Source: the human T2T-CHM13v2.0 reference genome, Homo sapiens
Direction: 5' to 3' (one strand)
Assembly: GCF_009914755.1 (NCBI RefSeq)
Contig: NC_060925.1
Length of the DNA stretch: 64,000 nt
Shown here: positions 17,966 through 33,869 of the stretch, one piece after another
Position numbering within the stretch: position 1 is the first letter of the stretch
How the letters are laid out: every line of letters begins with the position of its first letter
Program-made: the position numbers and the translations under genes
The notes under the pieces: model-generated
Seen by the model: the letters and a program-made list of their open reading frames with translations, nothing else
Told to the model about the DNA's origin: nothing
The model's database searches: none

Positions 17966-19117
17966 TGAGTTTGCTGGACGTCTTTGGATTTGTTTCTGGG
18001 TTCTCTATTCTGTTCCACTGGTCTACAGGTCTGTTTTTATGCCAGGACCATACCATTTTGGTTACTGTAGGTCTGTAGTATAATTTAAAGTCAGGTAATG
18101 TTATTCCTCCAGTTTTGTTCTTTTTGCTTATAATAGTTTTGGCCATTCTGGGTCTTTTGTGGTTACATATAAATTTTAGGATTTTTTTTCTACTTATGTG
18201 AAGAATGCCATTAGTATTCTGATAGGGATTGCATTGACCTGTAGATTGCTGTGAGTAGTGTGGGGATTTTAATAATATCGATTCTTCCAATCCATGAACA
18301 TGAAATATCTTTCCATTGTTTTGATCCTCTTCAATTTCTTTCGTCAGTGTTCTGTAGTTTTCTTTCCAGAGATATTTCACTTTTTAAGTTAATTCCTAGG
18401 TATTTAATGTTCTTTGTTGCTATTATAAATGGGATTTTTAAAAAAAATTCTTTTTCAGATTGTTCACTGTAGGCATACAGAAATGCTACTGATTTTGTAT
18501 GTTTATTTTGTATCCTGCAGCTTTACTGAATTTGTTTATCAATTCTAATGGTTTTTTTTGTGGAGTCTTTAGTTTTTTCCCAATATAAGATCATATCATC
18601 TACAAACAAAGATAATTTGGCTTCTTCCTTTCCCATTTGAATGCCCTTTATTTCTTTCTTGTCTGATTGCTCTAACTAGAATTTCCAGTACTATGTTGAG
18701 TAACAGTGATGAAAGTGGGCATCCTTGTTATGCTTCAGATCTTAGGGGAAAGGCTTTCTGCTTTTCCCCATTAAGTGTGATACTAGCTGTGAGTCTGTTG
18801 TACATGGCTTTAATTATGTTGAGGTATGTTCCTTCTATCCCCAGTTTTTGGAGGGTTTTTATCATGAAGGGATGTTAATTTTATCAAATGCTTTTTCAGC
18901 ATCCATTGAAATAATTATATGGTTTTTGTCCTTCATTCTGGTGACATTATGCATCATATTGATTAATTTGCATTTGTTGAACCATCCTTGCATCCCAAAG
19001 ATATATTCCACTTGGTCAGGATGAATGATCTTTTTCATATATTGTTGAATTTGGCTTGCTAGTATTTTATTGAGGATTTTTGCATCAATATTCATCAGAG
19101 ATTGGCTTGTAGTTTTT

Positions 19118-19160
19118 CTTCCTTCCTTCCTTCCTTCCTTCCTTCCTTCCTTCCTTCCTT
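19118..19160. repeat. (CTTC)n tetranucleotide repeat inside L1 ORF2
   Basis: About 10 perfect units. Confidence 0.95.
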
Positions 19161-19799
19161 TTTCTGATGTGTCTTTGCCTGGTTTTGGAACATCGAGGTG
19201 ATACTGGCCTCAAATAATGAGTTTGGAAGTATTCCCTCTTCCTCTAGGTTTTTCGAATAGTTGGAGTATGATTGCTATTAATTCTTTAAATGTTTGATAG
19301 AATTCAGCAGTGAAGTCATCAAGTCTGGGCTTTTCTTTACTGGGAGAATTTTTATTACAGCTTTGATCTCATTACTTGTTATTGGTCTGCTCAGGTTTTG
19401 GGTTTCATCATGGTTCAATCTTGGTAGGTTGTATGTGTCTAGGAATTTGTCCATGTCTTCTAGATTTTCCAATTTATTGGCATATAGTTGCTGAAAGTAG
19501 TCACTAATGATCCTTTAATTTTGTGGTATCAGTTGTAACATCTCCTTTTTAATCTCTGCATTTATTTATTTGGATCTTCTCTCTTTTTTTTCTTAGTCTT
19601 GCTAATGATTTGTCAATTTTGCTTATCTTTTCAAAAAACAAACTTTTTGGTTCATTGATCTTTCACATTGTTCTCTTTATTTCAATTTCATTTATTTCTC
19701 TTCTGATGTTTATTATTTATTTTCTTAGACTAATTTGGGGTTTGGTTTGCTCTTCCTTTTCCAGTTCTTTAAGATGCACTGTTAAGTTTATTTGGTATT

Positions 19800-20101
19800 T
19801 TTCTTCTTCTTCTTCTTCTTCTTCTTTTTTTGAGACAGGGTCTTGCTCTGTTACCCAGGCTGGAGTGCAGTGGCACCATCTTGGCTCACTACAACCTCTG
19901 CCTCCCAGATACAAGTGATTCTCATGTCTCAGCCTCCTGAGTATCTGGGATTACAGATATACACCACCATGTCCAGTTAATTTTTGTATTTTTAGTAGAG
20001 ATGGGGTTTCACCATGTTGGCCAAGCTGATCTCGAACTCCTGGCCTCATGTGATCCACTCACCTTGGCCTCCTAAAGTGCTGGGATTACAGGCATGAGCC
20101 C
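19800..20101 (-). mobile_element. Alu (Sz/Jb-like) with (TTC)n tail, nested in L1
   Basis: Dimer, slightly 5'-truncated; flanking tatttttcttct on both sides. Confidence 0.9.
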
Positions 20102-20686
20102 AGATATTTTTCTTCTCTTTTGATGTTGGCACTTACAGCTTATAAACTTCCCTCTTAGTACTACTTTTACTGTGTCCCATAGGTTCTGATATATTGTGTT
20201 TCTATTATCATTTATTGCAAGAAATTTTTTAATTTTCTTCTTAATTTCTTCATTGACACATTGGTCATTCAGGACCATATTATTTAATTTCCATGTATTC
20301 GTATAGTTTCCAAAACTCCTCTTGTTATTGATTTCTAGTTTTATTCCATTGTGGTCAGAGAAGATGCTTGATATTATTTCAATTTTTTGAATGTTTTAAG
20401 ATTTGTTTTGTGACCTAACATATGGCCTATTCTTGAGAGTGATTCATGTGCTGAGGAAAAGAATGAATATTCTGCGGCTGTTGCATGAGATGCTCTGTAA
20501 ATATCCATGAAGCCCATTTGGTCTATAGTGGAGGTTAAATCCAATGTTTCTTTGTTGATTTTCTGTCTGGAAGATGTTTCTAATGCTGAAAGTGGGGTGT
20601 AGAAGTCTCCAGCTATTATTGTATTGGAGTCTATCTCTCTCTTTAGCTCTCATAATATTTGCTTTATATATCTGGGTCCTCCAGTG

Positions 20687-21037
20687 TTAGGTGCATATAT
20701 TTAAAATTGTTATATCCTCTTGTTGAAATAACCCATTTATCATTACATAGTGACATTCTTTGTCTCTTCTTATAGTTTTTGTCTTGAAATCTATTTTGTC
20801 TGATATGAGTATAGTAACTCCGACTCTTTTTTGGTTTCCGTCGGCATGAAATATCTCTTTCCGTTCCTTTATTTTCAGCCTATGTGTGTCTTCATAGGTG
20901 AAGCATGTATCTTGAAGGCAACAAATCATTGGGTCTTGTTTTTTAGGCCATTCAGCCACTCTATTTCTTTTCATTGGAGAGTTTAGTCCATTTACATTCC
21001 ATGCTATTATTGACAAGTAAGGATTTACTCCTGCCAT
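20687..21037 (-). pseudogene. L1 ORF2p N-terminal endonuclease fragment (disrupted)
   Basis: MAGVNPYLSIIAWNVNGLNSPMKR...ICCLQDT...GVTILISDKIDFKTKTIRRDKE matches the L1 ORF2p APE-like endonuclease start; frame lost after 116 aa. Confidence 0.9.
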
Positions 21038-21869
21038 TTAAAAATTTGTTTTCTGGTTGTTTTGTGGTCTTTTGTTTTTTTTTTTTTTTTCCTTGTCTTT
21101 TTTTGGTGAAGGTGATGTTTCTTTGGTGATATGATTTCATTTTTTGCTTTTTATTTTTCATGTATCCTTGTAGTTTTTTGATTTGAGGTTACCATGAGAC
21201 TTGCAAGTACTATCTTATAACTCATTATTTTAAGCTGATAACAGCACCATTTGCATAAACAAACAAGCAAAAATACAGCTAATAAGAACTCTATGCTTTA
21301 ACTTCATCCCTTCACTTTTTAACTTTTTATGGTTTCTATTTATATCTTATTGTACTGTCTATGTCTTGAAAAGTTGTTGCAGTTATTATTTTTGATTGTT
21401 TCATTATTTAGTCTTTCTAATTAAGGTAACAGTAATTTACATATCACAGTTACAGTGTTATAATACTCTGTGTTTTTCTGGGTACTTACTGTTAGCAGTG
21501 AGCTTTGGACCTTAAGATGAAGCCGACCTACTTTCTGATTGAAGTACTCTCTTTAACATTTCTTGTAGGACAGGTCTGGTGTTTATGAAATCCCCCAGCT
21601 TTTGTTTGTCTGAGAAAGTCTTTATTTCTCTTTCATGTTTGAAGGATATTTTTGCTGGATATACTATTCTAGGGTAAAAGTTTTTTCCTTCAGCGCTTTA
21701 AATATGTCTTGCCACTCTCTCCTGGCCTGTAAGGTTTCCACTGAAAAGTCTGCTGCCAGAGGTATTGGGGCCCCATTGTATGTTATTTATTTCTTTTCTC
21801 TGGCTAATTTTAGGAGGCTTTCTTTATCCTTGTCCTATTGGAGATTGATTATTAAATTCCTTGAGGTAG

Positions 21870-22238
21870 TGTATTAGTCCATTTTCCCACTGCTACAAAG
21901 ATACTACTCAAGACTAGGTAATTTATAAACAAAAGAGGTTTAATTGACTCACACTTCTGCATGCTGGGGGGGCCTCAGGAAGCTTACAATCATGGAGGAA
22001 GGTGAAAGGGAAGCAAGGCATGTCTTACATGGCAGGATGCAAGAAAGAAGAGAAAGCGAAGGGGAAAGAGCCCTTATAAAACCATCAGATCTCATGAGAA
22101 CTCACTCACTATCATGAGAACAGCATGGGGAAAACCACCCTCATGAGCCAATCACCTCCCACCAGGTCACTCCCTTGACACACGGGGATTACAGTTTGAG
22201 ATGAGATTTGGATGGGGACATAGAGCCAAACCATATCA
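21870..22238 (-). mobile_element. THE1 (THE1D-like) solo LTR nested in L1 ORF1
   Basis: tgtattagtcc...ccaaaccatatca termini; TSD ggtag/ggtaa. Confidence 0.9.
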
Positions 22239-25200
22239 GGTAATCTTCTTCAGGTTGAGTCTTCTTGGTATTCTATAACCTTCTTGTACTTGGATATTGA
22301 TATCTTTCCGTAGGTTTTGGAAGTTCTCTGTTATTATCCCTTTAAATAAACTTTCTACTCCTATCTCTTTCTCTACCTCCTCTTTAAGGCCAATAACTTA
22401 CATTTGCTCTTTTGGGGCTATTTTCTAGATCTTATAGGTGTGCTTCATTGTTTTTTATTCTTTTTTCTTTTGTTTCCTCTGTCAGTGTATTTTCAAATAG
22501 CCTGTCTTGAAGCTCCCTAATCCTTTTTTCTGCTTGATCAATTCTGCTGTTAAAAGACTCTGATACATTTTTCAGTATGCCAATTGCATTATTCAGCTCC
22601 AAAATTTCTGCTTGATTTTTTAAGAATTATTTCAATCTCTTTGTTATATTTATTTGATAGAACTCTGAATTCCTTCTCTGTGTTATCTTGAATTTCTTTG
22701 AGTTTCCTCAACAAAGCTATTTTGAATTCTCTGTCTGAAAGGTCACATATCTGTTTCTTCAGGATTGGTTTCTGATGGTTCATTTGGTGAGATCATATTT
22801 TCCTGGATGCTGTTGTTGCTTATAGATGCTTTTCAATGTCTGGGCATTGAAGAGTTAGGTATTTATACATTATTGCAGTACTCTCAGTCTGGGCTTGTTT
22901 TTACCCGTCCTTCTTGGGAAGGCTTTCCAGATACTCCAAATGACTTAGGTGTTATGATCTAAGCTGTCTCTGCTTTATGGGTCACCCCAAGCCTAGTAAT
23001 GCTGTGGCTCTTATGGACTCATAGAGGTACTGCCTTTATGGTCTTGGGTAATATCTGAAATAATTCTTGCATTACCAGAGAGACATTCTTTTTTTCTTCC
23101 CTTACTTTCTCCCCAGTGAATTGAGTCTCTTTCTCTATTCTGAGCCACCGGGAGCTGGGGGTGGTGTGACACAAGTACTCCTGTGGCCACCACCACTAAG
23201 ATTGTGCTGGGTCAGACCTGAAGCCAACAAAGCACTGGATCTCACTCAAGGCCTGCTGTAACCACTCTCTGCCTATGGCTTATGTTTGCTCAAGGCCCTG
23301 GGACTCTACAATCTGAAGATAGCAAAGCCAACCAGGCATTGTCCTTCCCTTCAAGGTGATGAGTTCCCCCAGGCTCCAGGTATGTCCAGAAGTGCTGTCT
23401 GGGAGCCAAGGATGACAGTCAAAAACCTTAGAAGTCTATCTGGTATTCTATTGTACTGTAGCTGATCTGGCACTTGAACCACAAGACACAGTCCTTCCCA
23501 CTCTTCTCTCCCCTTTCCAAGGGCAGAAGAGCCTTATTCTGTGGCTACCATCACCACAGGTCCATGCATAGTACTGCTAGACTACCGCTGATGTTCTCTT
23601 AAGGCTCAAGGACTCTTTCATCAGCTTGTGGTGAATGCTGCCTAGCCTGGGACTCACTTTTAGGGCAGTGGGCTCCCCTCTGGTCCAGGGCAGGCCCAGA
23701 AATGCGGTCCAAAAGCCAAGTTCTGGAACTGGGTCACCAAGAGCCTACTTGGTGCTCTACCCCTCAGTGGCCAAGCAGGTACCTAAGGTGCAAGACCAAG
23801 TCCCCTTAGCTTTTTCCTCTGCTTTTCTCAAGTGAAAGGAGTCTTGCCCCATTGCCACCACAGCTGGGAATGTGTTGAGTCTTACCTGAAACCAGCAAGT
23901 CTCAGGGTCTGACCCAAGGTCCTTGATGTAGTACTTGAGTATCACTGCTGGGCTCTTCAGTTAGCAGGTGATGAATCCTTCCAGGACTCCTTCCAGATGA
24001 GTCTTTCTTTTCAGAGCAGCAGGTTCCCTTCTGGCCTAGGGTGTGTCTGGAAATGTCATCCAGGAACTAGGGCCTGGAAAGGGGGTCTTATGACTCTGAC
24101 TGGTACCTTATTTGCTGTGGCTGAGCTGGTATCCAAGATGCAAGACTCTTCCCTTTCCTCTCCTCAAGGAGAGGGAAGGGGTCTGTTTTGGAGCCATGAG
24201 CTGTGCAGCCTGGGGTTAAGAAATGGATGATGCCTGCACTCTTTTAGCTGTCATGTGACCTTCTGTCCACTGTCTCTGGGCCCAGTTCAGCACTAGGACT
24301 TGGCTAGGAGTTGCAGTCCTTTTGGCCTAGACTGCCTTTCAGGTTTATTTAAGGCCCCACAGCACTTTAGCCTGCAATAGCAAGGCTTTCAGGAACTCAA
24401 GTTCAGACCACTGACATAGGCAATTCCCTTCTGGCTAGGCTGGTTTTAATGTTCCCTCAGTGGGCAGGCATCAGCTGAGCTTGGCTTTGTTTTATTTTCT
24501 GTTATAAAAGGGCAGCACTGAGTTCAATGCCTCATAAATGCTGCAATCTCCCTCTCTCCAGCACACTAAGATGCTTTCCACACCTTGCTGCCACTGCTGC
24601 AGGGAGGAGGGTGAGGGGCTGGAAGGAGGGGGCTTGGGAGAGGAGTGATGTCAACAATTTAAGACTGTTTTTCCTACCTCTTTAGCACCTCTTTCAGTGA
24701 TATGAAGTTAAAGCCAGCTACTCTGAGTGCTCACCTGAGTTTTGGCTCTTATGAAGGTGCTTTTTTTGTGTGTGGATAGTTGTTAACTTGGTGTCCTTAT
24801 GGTGGGGCAAGAATCGGTGGAGTCTTCTATTGCACCATCTTGTTCTGCCCCCTGCCTTGCAGTTCTTGCTGAGCTAGAAGTAAGTGAATTTGGGGGTTCA
24901 CTAAAAGCCTCCCATTTATTTTATCTCTCTATTCTCATGTAGGATGTATGCCTATATTATCCTTGGTAGGTGGGTGACTGTTCAACTGCTACTATTTTTT
25001 GAAGCTATGTTTTAGAAGATTGCATCTGATGACAAGGAAAAGGTTACATCTTTACCCAGTTCTATCAGTGGAAATAATTCGTTGCTGATAAGAGGACTTA
25101 TCTTTGTGGTTTGATGGAATCTTAATGGTTGTGTTATGACTTATCCTTCAAGCACAGAAGTGCTGAAACTATTTCCCTGATGGGTGGAACCGTCTCTCTT

Positions 25201-26652
25201 TACTCTGGAAGAAGACCAAGAAAGCACAGACAGAATTAAATGTATCTTAAACACAAGTTTTTAAGAATAGAGTTGCATAGAAGATGGAGTCTTGTCAGGT
25301 TATTGGAGCAAAATCAAAGTGGTGGACTATAACAGAATTCAAATCTTCACCATATTAGCTATCTATTGCTGTATAAGAAATTACATCCAAACAGAGCAGC
25401 TTAAAACAATAACAGATCCTTATCTCACAATGTCTATGGGGCAGGAATTGTGGAGTGGCTTACCTAGTTGGTTCTGGCTCCCTGTCTCTCATGAAGATGC
25501 AGTCACAGTGTTGCCTGGCTTAACTGGAATCATTGAGAAGCTTGACTGCAACCGAAGGTTCTCCTTCCAAGATGGTGCACCCACATGGCTGGTGAGTTTG
25601 TGCTACTATTTAGTAAGATACCTCAATGCCTTACCATGTGGACCTTTTTACAAAGTTGCCGAAGTCTTCACAACTTCAGTTGACTTCCTTCAGAGTGAGT
25701 GATTGGAGAGAGAGCAAGATGAGAGCCACAGGGTCTTTTATGGCCTATCCCAGACGTCAAATGGACATTTCCACAATATCTTGTTGGTTACACAGGTTGG
25801 CCCTATCTAGTGTAGGAGAGGACTATCCAAGGGTGTGAATACCAGGAGGTGAGAATCATTGGGTTCTATTTTGGAATCTAGCTATAATTGTCCATTTTCT
25901 TCCCTTAACGATTCAAATGTAAAATATACTCCTTCCATCTCCAAACCCCCCAAAATCTCATCCAGTTATCACAAACTCAAAGTCTGGAATCTCATCATGT
26001 AAATCAGATCCAGGTGTAATTCCTTAAATGTTGTTTTGTGGGTACTATTTTTCTCAATCTAAAGACCTGTGATCTAAAGAGAGAAGTTACCTCCTTCTCA
26101 CACGAACAGTGGTGCAACAAGCATAACTGCTATAGTTACACTTGTTCAAAAATGGGAAAATGAAAACCACACAGAAATTGCTGGACCATACAAGTTCTAA
26201 AACACCTCAGGCATGGGTCAACAGTTCCTTAATTAGGACTCAAGGATCAAGAATAATTCCTCATGGTTTTTGGATCCACCCTTTGAGCTCTTGGTTACAC
26301 CCTCTCAGTCACTGTTCCTTTTATATAAAAGATCATGTTTGTAGCTGCAAAGTTTTCTTAATCTGCTTTTTGCTGGTAGAACTCTGGGGATCCATAGACC
26401 ACTTTTCTTTCTATCTCTTTCAGACCGATTGATAGCATATCTGTCAATATAGTTCTCTTAAAAACATAGTGAGTATACTATAAATATTATTGGAGTATAC
26501 TCCATTAGAGAAAACCACTTCCCAAATATCTCTGAGATAATCCTCTTTCTACCCTGAATTTTTGCTGAAACTACTGAGGGATGACATTAACTTTCTTAGA
26601 AACCCCAATTTTACTGTATTGTTCTTTGAGGCACCACCTTAAATATTTCTAA

Positions 26653-27007
<355 letters not shown>

Positions 27008-27253
27008 GGCTTTATCTTTATACAGTGTTTTTCCAAGAAAGCTCTGAATCTACTTTTTGCCTAGGAACCATTTCCTAATTTTAGTCCTGTTTGCCATCTG
27101 CAGAGAATAAAATTTCTAAAACCAGTAAATCTTGGCTTTTTTTTTTAGTGGTCCTTCCTTTAGCTTATCTCTCTTCTCTTCCATTTTATTATTAGTAGCA
27201 AGAAGAAACTAGGTGGTATCTTCAACATTCTGGCTGCAAATCTTATCTAGATC

Positions 27254-27944
27254 TGTTAGCAGCAGTGAATCTGTATGGGTCTGCAGCAACTTGATTCTTC
27301 CCTCCTCAGAGGAAAGAATTTATCTGAGGGGCATAAGGCAGAGTGAGAGATCAAGGCAAATTTTAGAGCAGGAGTGAAAGTTTATTAAAAAGTTTTAGAG
27401 TGGGAGTGAAAGGAACTAAAGTACACTTGGAAGAGGGCCAAGCGGGTGACTTGAGAGACCCAAGTGCCCCATCTGACCTTTGACTTGAGGTTTTCATACA
27501 TTGGCATAGTTCTGAAGTTTGTGTTTCTTCTCTCTTGATTTTTTTCCTGGGGTGAGCTGTCCACATGCACAGTGGCCTGCCAGCACTTGGGAGGGGCTGT
27601 ATGTGCAGTGTGTTTACTGACATTGTGCATATCTTTCCCTTACCGGTCAAGTGTTCCTAGAGGAAGGTCATAGACCAGTTAAACCCCACCATTTTGCTTC
27701 TTAGTGCGCATGCTTCAGCCTACTTGCCCAGCTCCTGAGATCTTATTTGAAAACTGCTGATCACCAGCTTCAGGTGTTTTCTATGTATTGGGAGACTGCC
27801 GTTCCCTAGTGCCAGCTGTGACCAATTATTATTTTAGTGAGAGAGTTTAACAACCACATCACCATCACCTGATGGTTGCCTGACATTCCTGCGTGGAGGC
27901 CCTCTCCTGCCCTGCACGTGTCTGCCTAGCTGCCTACTTTAACA
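27254..27944 (-). mobile_element. ERV1 solo LTR (MER50-like)
   Basis: TGTTA...TAACA termini, perfect 4-bp TSD gatc, tttatt (minus-strand AATAAA) near 27381; 691 bp. Confidence 0.85.
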
Positions 27945-28618
27945 GATCATCCAGCTTATTCGATATATTTTCTACTTTCTGCATCACCACAGGCAATAGT
28001 ATTGTTAAATTCTGCCGTTACGTAGCAAGAACCTTCTGTCCTCTACTTTACAGTCACATTTTCCTCGGTTTTCCTTATGCCCTCACCAGCAGCTTCTGTG
28101 AGGACCAACAGGATTCTGCTGGACATCTTCTGAGGGTACTTTAGGATTTTGCTGATACTCTTCTCTGACGTCCTCCAGCTTCTGCCCACTGCTCGGTTGA
28201 AAAGCCACCCAAATTTTTAGTGTTTTTTGTTATGGCAGAACTCTACTTCCAGGTATGAAAATCTGTATTTGTTATCTATTACTGCTCATAAATTACCTCC
28301 AATGCCTTTGGGTTAAAACAGCAATAACCTTTATTATCTTTTAGTTTCTGTGAGTTGGAAGAGTGGCCTGGCCAAATCATGCAAGCTTAGGGTTTCTCAG
28401 GTGATTACAGTCAAGTTGTCACCCTGGGCACATCCATCTGAGGGCTAGTCTGAGGCTAGAAGATATGCCTTTAGATGGCACATTCACATGGCTGGTGGGT
28501 TCATGCTGACTGTTGGCACAAGGTCTCAGTTCTTCATATGGCCTGCTTGAATATCCTTATGACATGGTGACCAACATCCCTCAGAGTGAGCATTTCAAGA
28601 GAGAAAACACTATGGCTT

Positions 28619-28645
28619 TGTGTGTGTGTGTGTGTGTGTGTGTGT
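28619..28645. repeat. (TG)n microsatellite
   Basis: Read directly. Confidence 0.95.
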
Positions 28646-28700
28646 TTGTAAATCTAGCCTCAAAAGTGATACTCCATTTCTGCAATGTGAGTTTCCTCTT

Positions 28701-29002
<302 letters not shown>

Positions 29003-30212
29003 AAGTTTCCTCTTAAAGGAGGCGGACTCATTGTTGGGAATGATTTCACCTCTGAGCATATTCATTGTAATTTGGGGGAGAAGTAGCTGTGGCTAAAATA
29101 AAATACTGACATGGAAAGTTGCGGATCCTCTTTTCCAGGGTGTCGGTCTTTCTATGAGGCAATTCAATTGAAGCATGATTATATGTCAAATTACGGCAAA
29201 AGGATCATTTTTCCTCTTAAATTTTCTATCTCGATGACATCTGTGCAATTTTTAATTTGTCACAGAATAGGACCAGAATTGTGTGTCATGTGTACATAGC
29301 TAGTTTTATGTATTTCTGACAGTCCTAAAATGTGAGCTATGGCTTTCAACTTTCCTGCCTCTTTAGGACATTGGGAGCCTTGTATTTCTCGGTGGGCCCT
29401 CATCCTTTTGTCATGCTCTCATAGGTCAGATATGGGGCAGCAGGCCAGTCCTTCCCACTGGAAAGCCAGGTTTCCCATTCCCTCTGTGTCTACTCCACTC
29501 CCTGCCTTAGCCCCGTGTCTTCCTGTTAAAAGCAGGAATGACAAGGATCTATTTAAAATGCAGTTTCCTTTTCCACGTTTGGGCTCTTCACCTTAGCATG
29601 AACTGCTGGCAGTGAGCCTCCTGTCCGTGGCTCACCCAGGTCTCTGAGAATTTCTAATTCTCATTTGCATGCAGATTGTGTCCCTGAGCTCCACAAGGCT
29701 GCATCTGGTCTTGCATAATAAAATGTCAAAAGCCCATTGACACCAGGTGTTGAAGTTTTGCTGCCTCCAAAGCAAAGGAAGCTGTTCAGGGTGGTTTCTC
29801 CTTAGATGCTTTCTGAGAAGAAAAGAACAGTCTGTTGTCATCAGCACCCTCAGACTTGGAGCAGTTCTTCTTGTCCTCCTTCTCACCCCTGAGCAAGAAC
29901 TGTTCCTTTGGCAGCTACTTGAAATCTTTGGCTCTGACTACAGTGTTCAAATAGCTTCATGTCTTAGGGGCAAACTCTTTGACAGAGATTCTGCATGTAG
30001 ATCAGGCAAACAGTTGGTGCTACATAGAGTCCAGTCCTGTGACTGCCACACAAGGGCTTCATGAATGGTAACTATTGTCTTGTTTTAGGGTACTGAGTAC
30101 TTTCCAGCAGATTCTCTCACGGTCATACAAAGAGCCGGCAGCAGTACGGAATATGCGTAAGGCCGGAAAGGGGCCACTCGGTATCTCAAAAGTAAATTAA
30201 AAAAACTAACAT

Positions 30213-30755
<543 letters not shown>

Positions 30756-31273
30756 TTATAAATTTGGTACTATTGTGTTACTATGAGTAAATAAAAGTTA
30801 TTGGTATAAGGGTTTTGGTAAATTTTGTACTATATATTTTAACAAATTTTGACTTTTTAAACATTCTTGGGCATTTTAGTTATACTTAAGTACAATTCAC
30901 TTACTAATTGTAAATATTATCTATTAAAAGCCGTTCCTCTGGTTTTATTCACTTATATTTGATTATTTCCGTGTTTACATACTTGGAACATAATCACTTT
31001 TCAAATGTCATTAATTTAGATTTTTAAAAATTCAGACTACTCATTCTCCTCCAGGTACAATGAGTGAGGTTTTAGCTTTTACAGACTCAGTAAGGAAGTG
31101 AAGAATAAGTTGCAAATATCCCCTAACTCTGTATGAAGAACTGAAGGGCCACAGTCTGTCCTAAGGTGCGTGAGATAGCCAAAATGTTCTAGGGATCAAG
31201 GATCAAATCTCAAGCTTTGTCATCAAAAGATTTTCCTTAATGGAAAGGAAGGGGAACTGGACCCATCTAACTG

Positions 31274-31335
31274 GGTTAGAGCCCATCTAGGCAGGAATGC
31301 AGAGTGGTGCAGAGTTCTTTATGGAGTTCTGGGAT
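31274..31335 (+). repeat. Copy 1 of a 62-bp dispersed direct repeat
   Basis: 59/62 identical to 32500-32561. Confidence 0.95.
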
Positions 31336-31604
31336 TATGCCCATGTATTATCGTCAAGGTCAGGGGACAGAGCAGGAATCTTGTTTGAAAATGTGCATTT
31401 TATCCTAAAATTTGATGCCATTTTGCATTCCATTCCATATTTCATTGTGTCTTGTTTTATCCTAGAGAGAATCGCCTCCCCTCAACATCCCGAGCCTCTG
31501 AAGGGTCACTGGAAGAGAGCACAAGCATCTCTATCTGGCGTGGGTTACCAGTAGTCTAATTTAAAAATCAAGGCTAAGCCCTGTGGACTAAATACAAGGA
31601 TGGA

Positions 31605-32081
<477 letters not shown>

Positions 32082-32499
32082 TCAGCCACCAAATGCCATG
32101 GCCTCTCAGCTTTTCTGGAAATTAATTGGTTCCAGGAGTCAAGTTAGTCTCCTTCCAATGGCAAGCACGTCCCATCAGGGCCGCAGTTAACACCACACAA
32201 TCTTCTGTCACTGTAAGGTTGACATGTCCTTGGCGCCGCTTCCTCTTCCTTGAGCCAAAGCCCATTTCCTTGTTGCAGTCTTTACCGGACAACGACATTC
32301 AAATGAAAATTCGTGTATTATGCCCAGGCAAGTCGCTGGCTACATGATTTTGTCAGAATCTACTTCTCACAGGGCGACTTTATTGTAACGCATTTTCTTG
32401 CAGCTTCTGTTGGGTCAAAGTGGAGTTGGCCTTGGTAATGCTGGGAACCTACAAATAAAGAAAAGTGAAGCTGTTTGGAATGCCCGTGGAACAAGGCAT

Positions 32500-32561
32500 G
32501 GTTAGATCCCATCTAGGCAGGAAGGCAGAGTGGTGCAGAGTTCTTTACGGAGTTCTGGGAT
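32500..32561 (+). repeat. Copy 2 of a 62-bp dispersed direct repeat
   Basis: 59/62 identical to 31274-31335. Confidence 0.95.
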
Positions 32562-32919
32562 GCGCAGAGGGAGACGCTGAATGTGAAAGCGTTTATTATC
32601 TCTGTGCAAATTGACACTTCTCTGCTCTTCAGTTGCATGATAGTGCTCAGGGCTGTGTTCCATTAGAGGTGGCCTTTTTTGCTGACTTTGAAGGATGTGG
32701 CGGGATTGACAAGCAGCCAGCTTCCTCATGGCAACAGTGGATGGAGATGATGCTACCCATTACAGGCTATAGGACTGTGTGACTTGAGTACAAAACTGGA
32801 TCGTATATTCATAGATTTAGTGTAGCGATGAATTGTCATATTCTTCAGCCCAGCTAGAAGCTTCTGTTCAGTCCAGCAGGGAGAACCAGAGGGCCATAGA
32901 GCACTTCACAGGTACGAGG

Positions 32920-33100
32920 TTGTGTGGCTGTGGCCAAATTCCTGAAACCATCGAGACTCTGTTTCCTCAACAGAAGGACAGAGCCAGTAGTACCTAAACC
33001 TGGGTTGTGTGACAAGGAAATGCAATGATGCATGCAAGCCACTCAGCACAGTGCTTGATATTCAGTAAGTGCTTAATAAATAGCAGCTGCTGTTAGTAGT
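32920..33100 (+). mobile_element. MIR
   Basis: ctctgtttcctc...cagcacagtgcttgatattcagtaagtgcttaataaat. Confidence 0.7.
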
Positions 33101-33869
33101 GGGGGTGTTGATGTTGTTACCATCACCTCCCTCTGAGCAAGGCATGGAAAATATTAACCTAAGTAAATAGCAGAGTTCATCTGTACTCTGGAAGTCTTGA
33201 GAAATAAAAGGCATTTGTCGTAAGTAGTAGAAAGACATCAGCTGTGGGACTCGTATTAAGTAGGGTTTACTCGGTATAGGTAACAGAAACCAAATGAAGC
33301 TGGCTTAAGGAGAAGAAGGGAATTTATCACAAGGGGTCAGGGCAGGAGACGGCTGGGTCTCACGGTGGACGGAAACCAAGGCCAAGAAAGAGGCTCTATC
33401 TCTGCTCTGTATTGCCCTCTGGGTCCTTACCATGTCATTCTCTCTCTTCTATCTCCTCTTCTCTCCCCTCCCCTCCCCTTCCTTCCCTGCTCTTCTCTTG
33501 TTGTCTCTCCAGCTGTCTTTCCCACATCCAGACTGCCCATTAGAATGTGGCTGTCCATTCCAGCAGAGTTTCCATGTTATATGTCCAGCCGATTAGCCTC
33601 ACTGGGTGCCTCAGCTCCAATTTCCTACCTCTGGACAGTTTGGTGGTGCCCAATCAACTGGAGTGGAGTGAAGAGGGTGCTGTCCTAGGTTGAGCACACA
33701 CAGGGGTGTGAGAACAGGCAGGGGCTGATTCCCAGTGAGCCCCCAATGCTACCTAGGGTGTCCATCCCCGAGGACTGTCCCCTGCAGCAGGGTCACCCTG
33801 GTGGTCGTGTCACAACTAGACCTGCTGGAGGCTCATACGGGAATTAGGCAATGGCCATAAGTAATGATC

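Noticed and set aside
32219-32240. p53/p63 response element (tgacatgtcc)
   Set aside because: Only one imperfect half-site.
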